From Vicugna vicugna (Eukaryota): a stretch of 64,000 nucleotides of DNA. The DNA lies in assembly GCA_013265495.1 (NCBI GenBank), contig MU058584.1, positions 8,026,407 to 8,090,406 on the forward strand, in the 5' to 3' direction. This document shows positions 49,865 through 62,160 of the stretch, one piece after another. Below the pieces are notes generated by a model. The model was not told where the DNA came from and ran no database searches. It was given only the letters and a program-made list of their open reading frames with translations. The translations under genes and the position numbers were made by a program. How positions within the stretch are numbered: position 1 is the first letter of the stretch; every line of letters starts with the position of its first letter.

Positions 49865-51345
49865 TTTTTCATTACAGGTTATTACAAGATATTCAATATA
49901 GTTTCGTGTGCTATTCAGTAGAACCTTGTTGTTGATCCATTTTATATATAGTAGTTAGTATCTGCAAATTCTAAACTCCCAATTTATCCCCTTCACCAAC
50001 TCTCTTCCCCTCAGTAACCATAAATTTGTTCTTTATGTCTGTGAGTCCCTTTCTGTTTTGTAAATAAGTTTACTTGTGTCATTTTTTAAGATTCTACATG
50101 TAAGTGATATATGGTATTTTTCTTTCTCTTTCTGGCTTACTTCACTTAGTATTAAAATCCCAGGTCCATCCATGTTGCTGCAAATGGCATTCTTTATTTC
50201 TTTTTTATGGCTGAGTAGTATTCCTGTGTGTGTGTGTGTGTCTCACATCTTCTTTATCCAGTCGTCTGTTGATGGACATTTAGGTTGTTTCCATGTCCTG
50301 GTTATTGTACATAGTGCTGCTACGAACATTGGGATCCATGTGTCTTTTCGAGTTAGAATTTTCTCCAGATATACCAGGAGGGGGATTGCTGGATCATATG
50401 GTAAGTCTATATTTATATTTTCTTTAAAGAAATCTCCATACCATTTTCCATAATGGCTGCAGCAAATTACATTCCCACCAACATAGTAGGAGGGTTTCCT
50501 TTTCTCACCCTCTCCAGCAGTTATCACTTGTGGACTTTTTAATGATGGTCTTTCTGACTGTGAAGTGATATCTCATTGGAGTTTTGATTGGCATTTCTCT
50601 AATAATTAGCAATTGAGCATTTTTTCATGTACCTAATGGGCCATTTGAATGTCTTCATTGGAGAAATGTTTGTTTAGGTCTTTACCCATTTTTAGACCTA
50701 GTTGTTTGCTTTTTTGTTGTTGAGTTGTATTAGCTGTTTATATATTCTGGAAATTAACCTTGTCCTATCACTTGAAAATATTTTCTCTAAGTCTTTAAGC
50801 CATTTTAAGTTTATTTTTGTGTAAGGAGTAAGGAAGTATTCTAACTTCATTGATTTACATGTGGCTGTCCAGTTTTCCCAACACCACTTGTTGAAGACTG
50901 TCTTTTCTTCATTATATACTCTTGCCTCCTTTGCCAAAGATTAATTGACTATACTGTGTGGGTTTATTTCTGGACTCTCTATTCTGTTTCAGTGAGCCAT
51001 ATGTCTGTTTTTGTGCCAGTACCAGGCTATTTTGATTGCTGTAGATTTGTAGTATTGTCTAAGTCTGGGAGGGTTATGTCCCCAGCTTCGTTCTTTTTCT
51101 TCAGTGTTGCTTTGGCAATTCTGGGTCTTTTGTGATTACATATAAATTTTAGGATTATTTGTTTTAGTCCTGTGAAAAGCAGGATTTGATGGGGATCACA
51201 TTAAACCTGTAGATGGCCATTTTAACAATATTAACTCGTATAGTCTAAGAGTATGGGATATCTTCCCATTTCTTTAAATCATCTTTAATTCCTTAATCAA
51301 CATTTTATAGTTCTCTGCATATGTCTTTCACCTCCTTGGTTAAAA
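49865..51345 (-). mobile_element. L1 3' fragment with internal deletion
   Basis: ORF2 C-terminal peptides ([32 protein letters not shown]) and 3' UTR, with a deletion near 50787. Confidence 0.88.
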
Positions 51346-51385
51346 AGTATTTTTGTTCTTTTACATTCAGTTGAGATTTTGACTG

Positions 51386-51817
51386 GTGTGGCAGGAATGG
51401 CTGGCTGTCCACCAGCAATTTGTGCTCTTCCTTTCATTGTAAAGTGTTGTTGATGGAAGATCTTGACTACCCAGGAACTATATTTTCTTGATTCCTGAAC
51501 TCTAGAAGGTGACAAATGATAGTTTTCACCTATGTACGTGAAGAAAAGTGGTGTGAATCACTTCCAGATCAATAAGCTTAACAAGTCTGTATGTCTCCTC
51601 CATCCCCTCTTCTTCCCATTCACGACCTGGAGGCAGAACTGCGAGGTCAAGGAGGGAAAACCTATAAGCTTTTAGGAAGCTGGATCTCTGAATCAACAAG
51701 TGGAAAGCCATCCACCAAACAGAAACACTTAAATTGCTCTGTTAAATGAATAAGAAATAAACTTTTATTATATTAAGCCACTAAAATTTGGGGGTTTATT
51801 TGTTACAATAGCTAATA
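51386..51817 (+). mobile_element. Old MLT1 (G/H/J-like) LTR
   Basis: 3' signature GAAATAAACTTTTATTATATTAAGCCACTAAAATTTGGGG…TTGTTAC. Confidence 0.7.
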
Positions 51818-51829
51818 CTAGTTTACAAT

Positions 51830-53700
51830 TTTTACTTATACTGGATATAAAATTTTAGGTTACAAAATCATTTTCCTGCAAAAATTTGAAATCGCTGCTC
51901 TATTGTCTTCTAGCTTTGAGCTTTGTTGTTGAGCAGTGAAATTTGTTTTAGTATGTAATTATTATGCATGATCTTTGGTTGCCTTCTCCTCGGAAGACTT
52001 TAGAATGTTCTCTTTATGGCCAGAGTTTGAAATTTCATGGTGATGGATCTTAGTTTGGATTATTTCCTCTGAAATATTTGCTGAGTAGTTGATAGGACTG
52101 GTCAAATAGAACACATAACTTTCTGGGAACTTTTATTAATTATTTCTTTGACAATGCTCCCTCCCTGTTCTTTTCTCATTTCTTATTCAGAAGAATTCAA
52201 GCTATTCAGATTTTGGGCATCTTTTGCTGTTTTGTTAACTCTAAACTTTTGTGTCCTATTTTCTTAATTTATCCTGTAAACTTTCTATTGCGCTTTTTAT
52301 TCCTGCTATTATTTTTAATTTCTGAGAGCTCTTTTTTTCCCACTAATGTTTCTTTTCTTGAAGCATCATTTCATGTTTCTGGTATATAATATTTTCTTTT
52401 ATCTCTCAGAGAATAGTAGTAATGATTTAAACTCAGTTTATTCCAGTTTGTTTGATGTCTCTGTTGGAGGTTGAAGGCTTTCCTTAAGTATCTGCTGCTT
52501 AGACACTAGAGAACTGATGGAAAGTTCTGTGGACATGGGTGGGGTTTGTTGACAGCTGTGCTTCACTTCATGGTGACTTGACCTGAAAGTACTTTGGGGG
52601 ACCCACCAACTGTCACTTCTTTTAAGTCTTTTATACTGAGTTAGGTTGACTCTGTAAGTAAGAATCTTCTCCTCTTACGCTTAGAGCATATGAGCATTTG
52701 GGGAGATGTGTGAGGAAACCAGGATGGGGATTCACCATTCAAGATGCAGACCTTTACTCAACACTCTGAGCACAGAACCCTTAATGGTATCTTATCCATC
52801 AGTCTAGTGTCTTTCTTTTAAACTTTTTACAGAGAATAAATACGCACTTCTGAGAGAGAAAGGGACAGGCTTCCATCTATGTACAGTATGAGAGGGTACC
52901 TGGACCTCACTGCTTCTTGAACAGATTTTTCATCCAGTCCCTTTATTTTCAGCCCCATCCTCACCCCCAGTTTTAGGAATAGCTAATATCACCAATTTCT
53001 GAACCAGTTTGTCCATTGCTGCTTTAAGTTTAAGCTCCTTGTCTACCATAGGTTAGGACTTATTCATCTACTTTGCCTCTCCCACAGTTTTGTTCCACCT
53101 TCTCCTCCTTATCTTTATCCTTTTGATATGTTTTAAAAATGTTTGTGTGTGTGTGTTTATAGTTTTATCACCTAAGCGTGCATTCCTAGGTACTCTACTC
53201 TAGTCTTGCTATTAAAAAATTGTTCACGTGCATTAAAATCTCTTTTAATCACAGGTTCTTCTTCCATTTCTTTCTTTTTCTTAAAATGTACTTGTTGAAA
53301 AAGTTGGGCCGTTGACCTGCAGTGTTTCCCATAGAACTAGATTTTGCTGATTATATACTGATGGTGTATTTCAACATGTTTCTCTTCTTTTATATTTTCT
53401 GAAATTTGATAGTTAGATCAGAGGCTTGATAAAACTCAGGTTTGCTTACTTTGGTAAGATTATAAATAATGTTATATTCTTTCATCAAGAGGGAATTAAC
53501 CTTGTTTTTACTCTTTTCTGGTGTTAGCTGTTAATGGTCAAATGCCTACATTCACTCGTACACTGAAGATTGTAAATTATATCATTTTGATTTCATTTTT
53601 AGCTGAATTAATTTTCTGTAGAGACGCTTACCTTCATTTATTATTTTGTCACACATGGTTCAGTTTTCCTAGACTGGATTATCTTTTCATCTGCTTACTA
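51830..53700 (-). mobile_element. Old L1ME/L1MC fragments
   Basis: T-rich antisense L1 character; L1MC-like 3' motif GTTTCCCATAG…GATTTTGCTGATT. Confidence 0.45.
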
Positions 53701-54273
53701 GTGGTCTTCACAGAGCAAATTTTCAATTTTGATAAAGTTCAGTTAATTAAAGTGTGCTTATGAAAGAACATCTATAGTAGTTTCCCTGTAGTAAAAGTTC
53801 AATTTGGGGATTTTTCTTTTAATAACTATAAAATTGCTTATTAGCAATTCCATTTCTGAAAAGATGGAGTAGACATAATTTTCCCCTCTTCCTCCCTCTA
53901 AGTATAACTAAAACTTATGTACATTACATGTAAAACAAACACAAAAAAGATTTGAAAGGTAGAGAAGAGAGGGCAGATGAGTAGAAACCTCAGGACTGTG
54001 GAAGGTCACAATGGTAAGTTTCCAGGGTTTTTTCCTTGCCTTGCATATCCAGCCTCGGAACTAAAGAAGGCAGTAACCTGGAAATCCTAAACGGCACAGA
54101 CCAAAAAGCCCCAATGAAAGCCTGCTATCTTTAGCCAAAGGAATAGAAAAGGAACAACCTAGTGATATAGAAAACTGCTCTGCTCCAGCCAAACATCACA
54201 GAAAAAACTGTGACCTTCCCTCAAGCATAAAAAGATTGGGTGGGGAGCCTCAACTGAACCCATCCATCGCTTA

Positions 54274-54313
54274 CCACCACCACCACCACCATCACCATCA
54301 CCATCACCCTCAC
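54274..54313. repeat. (CAC/CAT)n trinucleotide repeat
   Basis: ACCACCACCACCACCACCATCACCATCACCATCACC. Confidence 0.85.
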
Positions 54314-55997
54314 CCTCTCCCTGGGTCGTGGGTTAGGGAGACTGAATAGTAGGGATCAGGAGATGCAGTAGGGAGGCTGAATAGTAGGTGTAGTAGAAAG
54401 GCTGAGTAGTGAGCCAAGACTTTTACCTTTACCAGGCAGAAGATGTAAGGCCGCATTCTCCCCTGTGTTGTCAATGGAGGCCACAGAAAGAGGTGTAATA
54501 AGGCAATTTATCACTTTCAGCCAGAGAAATATCAGCGGAGGCTACTGAGGAGCAAGACTCCTAGCCCTACCATCAGTAATCAACAGAGGCCGTGTGAGCA
54601 ACCTGAACTTCTGTTTCCACCTGGCAATAATAAGGTGGTATAGTCCTCTTTCCCTGTTAGACTAGTGTCAATGGAAGCCAGCTACACCAGATTTAAATAT
54701 GATTTAGAGTCTTATATCCCAAATGACAATGTTTATTAGAAATACCTCTTTATAATAAGAACCAGAAGGGTCTCAAACTGAATGGAAGGAAAAGTCAATA
54801 GATACAAACACTGAGATGGCAGAGATATTATTAGAATTATCTGACAAAGATTTAAAAACAACCATCATAAAAATGCTTCAACAAGCAGTTATAAACATAC
54901 TTAAACCAAATGAAAAAAAAATAGCCAAAAAAAAGAAGCTCTCAACAAAGAATTAGAAAACATAAAGAAGAACCAAATGGAAACTTTAGAACTTAAAAAT
55001 ACAATGACCAAAATAAAAAACTCAGTGGATTGGCTCAGTAATATAATGTAAGGAACAGAGTAGAGAATCCATGAATTTGAAGATAAAATGACAGAAACCA
55101 TCCAAATATGGGGTGGGAAAGGAGTAAAAGAGGCTGGGGGAAAAAAAAACTAAACCAAACCTTAGATACCTGTGGGACTATAACAAAATATCTAACATTC
55201 ATGTCATTAGAGTCCCAGAAGAAGAGAAGAAAGATTATGGATTCAAGAAATTAAGGGGACAGCAAACAGGATGAACTCCTTAAAAATCTACACCAACACA
55301 CATCATAGTAAAACTTCTGAAAACTTAAGACAAAAAAAAAATTAAAAGCAAAAAGAAACAAGAGCTTAGCTTTAGGTGAAAAACAATTTGAATGACAATG
55401 GGTTTCTCTTCAAGACCATGTAGTCCTAGAAGGAAGTGGCCCATTTTTCAAGTGGTGATAGAATAAAGTCCACACAGTATACTATATCCAGTGAAAATAT
55501 TCTTCAGGAATTAAGAGATAATCAAGACATTCTCAGATGAAGGAAAAGTAAGAGAATTTGTTTCCAGTAGATCTGCTGTACAAGAAAGGCTAGGAAATCA
55601 TTTCACAATATATATGTATAACAAATTATCACATTGTACACTTTAACTATGTTCTAATTTTGTTTGCCAGCTATACCTCAGTAAGGCTAACATATTTTAA
55701 AAGATTATAAGGTTCAAAAAAGAAAAAAGAAGGGCTAAGTGAAGTTTTCTAAATCTAAAGGTGACAGTGCAAAAAGGAATCTTGGACTATAAAGAAGGAA
55801 GAAAGAACACAATAAACAAAAATATGGGTAAATACATTAGATGTCTATTCTCCTCTTGAGTTTTGTAAATTATAATTGATAATTGAAGTGAAAAATATAA
55901 CATCTTCTAGTTGGTTTTAAGTGTATGGAGAGATACTATTTAAGACAATTAAACTATGAACTAGGGAGGGTGAAGAAACATAAAGGGTGATAAGAAT

Positions 55998-56133
55998 TGT
56001 GACAGTTAAATTCATGTGTCAATTTGATTGGGCTAGGGTATGCCCACATAGCTGGTAAAACTATTTCTTTGTGTACCTGTGAGGGTATTTCTGGAAGAGG
56101 ATTAGCATTTGATTCAGTGGACTGAGTAAAGAT
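55998..56133 (+). mobile_element. MLT2-type (ERVL) LTR 5' fragment
   Basis: TGTGACAGTTAAATTCATGTGTCAATTTGATTGGGCTA…TTTCTGGAAGAGGATTAGCATTTGA resembles the MLT2 5' end. Confidence 0.75.
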
Positions 56134-56572
56134 ATATAATGGAATACTACTCAGCCATGAAAAAAAAAGAAATAACGACATTTGCAGCAACGTGGATGGA
56201 CCTGAAGATCATCGTACTAAGTGAAGTAAGCCAGAAAGACAAAGAAGAATACCATATGATATCACTTATATGTGGAATCTAAAAAAAATGACACAAGTGA
56301 ACTCACAACACAGAAGCGGACTCACAGACATAGAAAACAAGCTTATGGTTACCAGCAAGGTAAGGGAGCAGTGGAGGGATAAACTAAGAGTTTGGAATTT
56401 GCAGAAACTAACTACTATATATAAAATAAATAACAAATTTCTACTATATAGCACAGGGAACATATATTCAATATTTTGTAATAACCTAAAATCAAAAAAT
56501 ATATAATATTTATATAATATGTACACCAGAAATTAACACAACATTGTAAGTCAACTTTATGTTAATAAAAAT
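56133..56572 (+). mobile_element. L1 3' end, plus strand
   Basis: ATGGAATACTACTCAGCC…ATGTGGAATCT…AATAAA, i.e. ORF2 end plus 3' UTR. Confidence 0.85.
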
Positions 56573-57467
56573 TTTTTTTTAATGTAAACAGTCTAAATGT
56601 ACCAGTTAAGTCAGAGATGCCCAGAGTGTGTTAAAAATTATAACTCAACTATATGATGTCTGTAAGAAACTCAAGTACAAGAAATTAAGATATAATGATG
56701 TAGGCATGTTAAAAGTAAGAGGATAGAAAGATGCCTTGCACTTACTAATCAAAAGAAAGCATGAGTGGCTATATTAATATCAGATAAGTTAGACCTCTAA
56801 GCAAAAATTACCAGAGAGAAGGGGTATAATTAGAGTCAATCCATCAGTAAGACATAAAAACGCTAAATATATATGTGACAAACAACAGAGCTGCAAAATA
56901 TATGTAGCAAAAACTGATAGAACTGAGAAATAGACAAATCCACAAATATAAGTTGGTAACCTCAATGCTCCTTTTTCAAAAATTTGTATAGCTAAGAAGA
57001 AAATCAGCAGAGGTATAGAACTCAACACTATCAAGAAACAGGCTATAATGGACATTTATAGAACAATTTACTCCACATACATTCATTACAAGCACGCAGG
57101 AAACATATACCAAGATAGACCATATCCTGGGCTAGGAAACAAATCTCAATAAATGTAAAAGAATTGAAATCATACAAAATATGTTCTCTGATCACAATGC
57201 AAGTGAAATAGAAATCAGTTACAGAAAAATAATGGGAAAACCTTCAAACACTTGTAAATACCACATTTCTAAATAACCAGTGTGTCAAAAAGGGATTTCA
57301 AAGGAAATTTTAAAAAATATACTAAAGTGAGTTGGACCATACATAACATATCAGAAGTGGTAGGACACAGCTAAAGCAGTTCAGAGAAAAAAAAATTTAT
57401 AGTGCTAAATGAATACATCAGAAAGATTAAAAATTCTCTATTAAGTAGGTAATCTAAGCTCACATCT

Positions 57468-59030
57468 TGCAGGCAAAATAAGGGCTTCCTGGAACCTGTG
57501 AACTTGTCTTAGATGGCAAATGTGACTTTGTAGACGGGATTAATTCAAGGATATTGAGATGGGCAAATTTTCCTGAGAATCCCAATGTAGTCACAAGGGT
57601 CCTTATCAGGGAGTCAGAAATGTCAGAGTGAGAGAGACTTGAAGATACTATACTGTTGAACTTGAAGATAAAGAATTCACGAGCCATGGAATGCAGGCAG
57701 CCTCTAGAAGCTGGAAAAGGCAAGGAAATAAATTCTCCCCTAGAGCCTCCAGAAAGAAGACAGTCCTACTGACATTTTCATTTTAGCCCATGAAACTTCT
57801 GATCAGTAGAACAGTAAGATAACAAATTTGTGTTGTTTTAAGTCATTAATTTTGTAATAATTTTGGTACAGCTGTAGTAGGAAACTAATACAGATTTTGA
57901 TACCAAAACTGAGGTCCTGCTGTAACATACTTTAAAATGTAGAAGTGGCTTTAATATTGGGCAATTATAGAGGCTGAAAGAATTTTGAGAAACATGATAG
58001 AAAAAGCCCATATTGACTTCAGCAGACTATAAGTAGAAATATGGAAGCTAATGACTCTGCTAATGAGGACTCAGAGACGTGAGGAGCATGGTAGGAAAAA
58101 AAACATTGTCTTAGACGATCATCATGAACAGGCTTTTTGTAGAAATATGCGTATTTCTGAACTAGTGCTGCTGGTGAGGAGGGTTCAGATGAGAATGAGG
58201 AACATGTTACTGAAAGTGGGAGAAAAGGGGATCCTGTTTATATAATGACAGAAAGCTTAGCTGAAATGTGTCCTGGCTTTCATGTGGAAAGCAGAGTTTG
58301 TGAGTGATGAATCTGAAAATTGAGCCAAGGAGATTTCCAAGCAGTGCTGTACACCCTGTTTACTTCTAGCTTTTTACAGTAAAAAAAAGTGTGAGGATAG
58401 AGATAAATTGAGGGAAGCACTGTTAATTGAAAAGGAAATACAGCTTGATGATTTGGGAAATTCTTGGTCTGTCCACACTGAAACATATGCTAAAATTAGA
58501 AGAGTCGCTGTCAGGAAAACGTACTCTGGTGAGAAAGCCAAGGGTGTGGCCAGACAACCTTTTTTCAGTGCCTTGAAAGGACCCAAATGTCACAGTATTC
58601 AGTCATACATGGGTCACTGAAGAAATTAGATTTGTTGCTCTGGAGCCCCTCAGCTACCTTAACAGAAGCCTAAAGTAAAAATAGAATTATCTAGGGATGA
58701 CCTATGAAGGAGTCTCTTGTCTAATGGGGTAAATCCCCTGACATACACAAGAAACCTGCAAGTTTCTGAGAAAACTTATACCCACAGAAATACTGTCCAC
58801 TTTGGCTAGAATAAATAGATAAGAGAGTGAAATGAAAGATGGTTGGACTTCTAAAATTCTATAGGCAGGAGGCAGACAGGCTGATACAACTGTTTAGCTG
58901 CAAACCCATGGTACTTGATGAAAAAGGAAGAATGACTCCAAAAGGCAGAGCCTCAGACCCAGAAGGTGGAGTTCATGAACCTGAGAATCATTCCCAGGAC
59001 TGGAAACCTAACATTGCTTTCTCTGCTAGA
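57468..59030 (+). mobile_element. MaLR: MLT1C/D-like LTR (57468-57892) followed by MLT1 internal sequence
   Basis: GCCTCTAGAAGCTGGAAAAGGCAAGG…TCTCCCCTAGAGCCTCCAG…GGAAACTAATACA, then GATTTTGATACC…GTGGCTTT, typical of MaLR-int. Confidence 0.8.
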
Positions 59031-60351
59031 TGAATACAACTCAGCCACACTTTACGTAGTAGTAGAGGGGAAGCAGACAAATTATAATTCTTTTCAAATG
59101 AAATGGCGGTACTAAAAGGAAACTATAAACCTATATGAACTGAACAATCTATAAAATAAGGAAAATATTTTTGTATCATAGGATGCTTTGCTGTAAAGGG
59201 AATACAACAAAATGAAAGATCAAAAAGAGAGTAATCTCAATTTATTGAACCAGTTGCCCATATAACTTTATAAAATTCTAAGATTAATTACTAAATACCC
59301 AGTTCAGGTAACCTCAACACCACAACATGAATTCTTGTAGATTCATAGGAAAATAAATTTTTATTCGGAAAAAAACTTTCAAATACTCTAAAGAAATATA
59401 ACCTTATGTAAAAGACATTTAGATATATCTGTCTCTGTAGGACTCAACAAAATTTGAATGAGCTATACAATGAGATTTTATAATTATGATTTATAATGTT
59501 ATAAAAGTGGCAAAATTTGAAGTGTTTTATTCATATACTTCACAGGCAACAGTGAGAAACTATCAATACTCAACAGTATTTCACATTTTTAAAGAATCTG
59601 TATCTTTGTATAGGCTAGTTAATATCTAAATTCCATGAACTTTCCAAATAAGCTGGCCGTCTCTAGATGTCAACCCAAATCTTGATATTACACATGGGAC
59701 TATGTCGCCCAAGGCCAACACCCTTGACACTTGTTGAATCAGGAGAAAATTCCCCCAGGAGTTTCCATCTTCTACTTTCCTGTTGTTTAAGTAAAGGGAT
59801 TATGAGCTGAGCAACCGCACTGGCAGATAATTTCAAGACACTCCCATCTCAGAGCAGCTCTGCTTTCACCAGGGGAAGACAAGACTTTCAAGCTCCATTA
59901 GCCATTTCCAGGGTAGCAGAGTTTACAAGCAGTGACCCAGCTGCAGGTTTCCCTGGCATCCTTTGCATCTGAGCCATCGCTAACACAGGGCTTCACAACC
60001 CAGACAATTCTCTCACTTAGTTTCCTAAATTGTAGCCTCGCAGGATCATTATTTTTCATACAGCCTGTGGGTTTTCCCTTGAGCCTCAACAAACTCCTTG
60101 CTGACTTTCCTCTAAACTATTTCACCACATTCTCAGGAAACTCTAAGTCATGAGAATAGAGTTTTCTCCCTCTTCAGTTACTTCAGTAAATGATTTCTCC
60201 ACTTCTTCCCTTAATAAAAACAAGAAGATTTTTGCAATTCTTTTCTGGTATCTCTACTCCCCTGCCCCCCATTTTGTCTTATGGAGGCTTCTTACTACTT
60301 TTCATTCAACAAGTTCAACTCTATGAAAGTCTTATTACAGAGCTTCCAGAG

Positions 60352-60520
60352 TAGGGGTTTCTGAAAGAGTAGTCCCCAAACATGGGAACTTACTAGAAAA
60401 CCAAATTTCTTAGCTTTATTCCAGACTTAATGAAATAGAAACTCTGGGAATAGGGTCCAGCAGTGTGTGCTTTAACAAACCCTCCAGGTGACTCCTAAAC
60501 ACAGTAAAGTCTGAGAATCA
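60352..60520. mobile_element. MER5A-like MITE
   Basis: AGAAACTCTGGGAATAGGGTCCAGCA…TTTAACAAACCCTCCAGGTGA…AAAGTCTGAGAATCAC. Confidence 0.65.
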
Positions 60521-60529
60521 CCTTTCCAG

Positions 60530-62160
60530 AGCATTACCTTTCCACCCTTGTTTAAATACCTTCCTCATTCAAAATTCATGCCATTTTATTATACCATCCT
60601 CTCCCTCTCCTGGACAGTGTCAGCTACTGTTTTCACATTTACCCAGATTCAAGGGTTGCACCTTAACTCCCAAGTCGTACTGACCTTGGGTGACTTCAGT
60701 GTTTAGGAAACAAAGCACCCAATGCCCTAGCCTCAAAGTCCTTGTCTACTCAACAACCTTGGCCCACACCATACTTCTGACAAATGACACCTAAGGTTAC
60801 ATGCTGAACTTTGTCATCATTTGGAACTGTGCATCCTCTAAAATCTTGAAGTCCAAACCTCTAACCCTGATTAGCATTGTGACCATCCCAGTTAATATCC
60901 TGATCAACCTTTCAGTTCTTTGCCTCAATGGTATTTGCTCTTTCTTCTTTAAAAAAGTAACCTCAGATTTTTTTCAGTTCCTCTTTTTTTCACTTGTACC
61001 GTTACTCTCCCCCAGCCTCATTTATGTTACTTTCTTGTCTAGACCTTATGATACACTGCTTAAATCCTTCACTTTCAAACAGCTTAATTTCCATTCTTCC
61101 CCTATACCTGCTCTACTAATTTTCAGTCTGAATAGGGCTCCTACATCAAAGGCAAAGTGAAGGTGCACAGATACTAATTTCCTCAGTTTCTCACTTTGAC
61201 ATCTACGGGCTTACTATATGCAGCCATCTTTCCCGGTTTCCATTATGTGTCACAGGATCTGTGATCCCTTGCATATGTAATATTCTCCTGCCTCCTTTGG
61301 GGTCTTGGTCTAGCAATTACCTCCTCTTAGTCTCAGCTTTTCAGTGTCTCCTTCCCTTAAAGTATAGAAACATACTCAAGCTTTTCCCATTTTTAAAACG
61401 GCATAACCAGCACCTCTGCCCCCCCAAAAACCTCTAAAACCAGTTAAGGCAGCATCTCTTTCCTTTTATTAGTAATCAAGTTTGTTGAAAAGTTATCCAT
61501 ATTTTCTGTGTACACTTCTTCAGCTTCCCTTTTTCTGTCAATAAAAATAATTAATTAGTATCACTTCACTGACGTTGCTACCCCAAAGTCTTTCTCAGTA
61601 TGAAACATTATTGTCTGGAGGACAGCTGAGGGACCCTTCCAGGGTCTTGTTCCTATCACTCTGGCCACTCCCATTTGGTCTTTTTCACTAGACAGTGTCT
61701 TTTTCACTTGTTCATTATACTTTTTTTTTTCAGCAAGATTTCATCTTTCATCCTCTCCTCACGTGAACATTCTCTCTAGGTGACCTCATTCCTGCTTATC
61801 TCTTTCACTACTTCCAAATCGCTATCCTCAGTGCAGCTTCTCCTGAGTTCCAAACCTAGAGGTCCTGCTGCCCATAGATTTCTCCATCAAAATGTCTGTC
61901 AGGCACTACAGACTCAGCAGATTTGCAACTGGGACCATTAGTCTCCTCTCTAGAATCTGCTTCCTTTGTTTTATTTCTCTAAGTGAACCACTTAGTCACC
62001 CCAGTAAGGAACCCAGAAGTCATTCCTCTGCTCCTCATCCTTTTAAACCCGGTTAATTTGATTTTCTTCACTCTGCTTCTTATCTTCCTTATCTTAGTTC
62101 ATCTTACACATGGTCATTGCAATAGCCTGCAACTGTCCTTCTTGTCTCCTTTCTAACCTG
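60530..62160 (+). mobile_element. L2 LINE fragments
   Basis: L2 ORF2-like motifs (GGTGACTTCA…, CTTCTCCTGAGTTCCAAACC) in pyrimidine-rich sequence. Confidence 0.5.

Larger units (their letters stand above)
53850..57465 (+). mobile_element. Old L1M 5' portion (5' UTR, ORF1, ORF2 endonuclease), degenerate, with nested insertions
   Basis: A-rich ORF1-like segment (AAGACATTCTCAGATGAAGGAAAA). ORF2 start AATGTAAA...CTAAAT at ~56581 and EN motifs AAGATAGACCATATCCTGGG and TCTGATCACAATG. Confidence 0.75.

Noticed and set aside
59040..59640. AT-rich stretch with a faint hAT-transposase-like SQATV motif
   Set aside because: Too degenerate; no TIRs or continuous frame.
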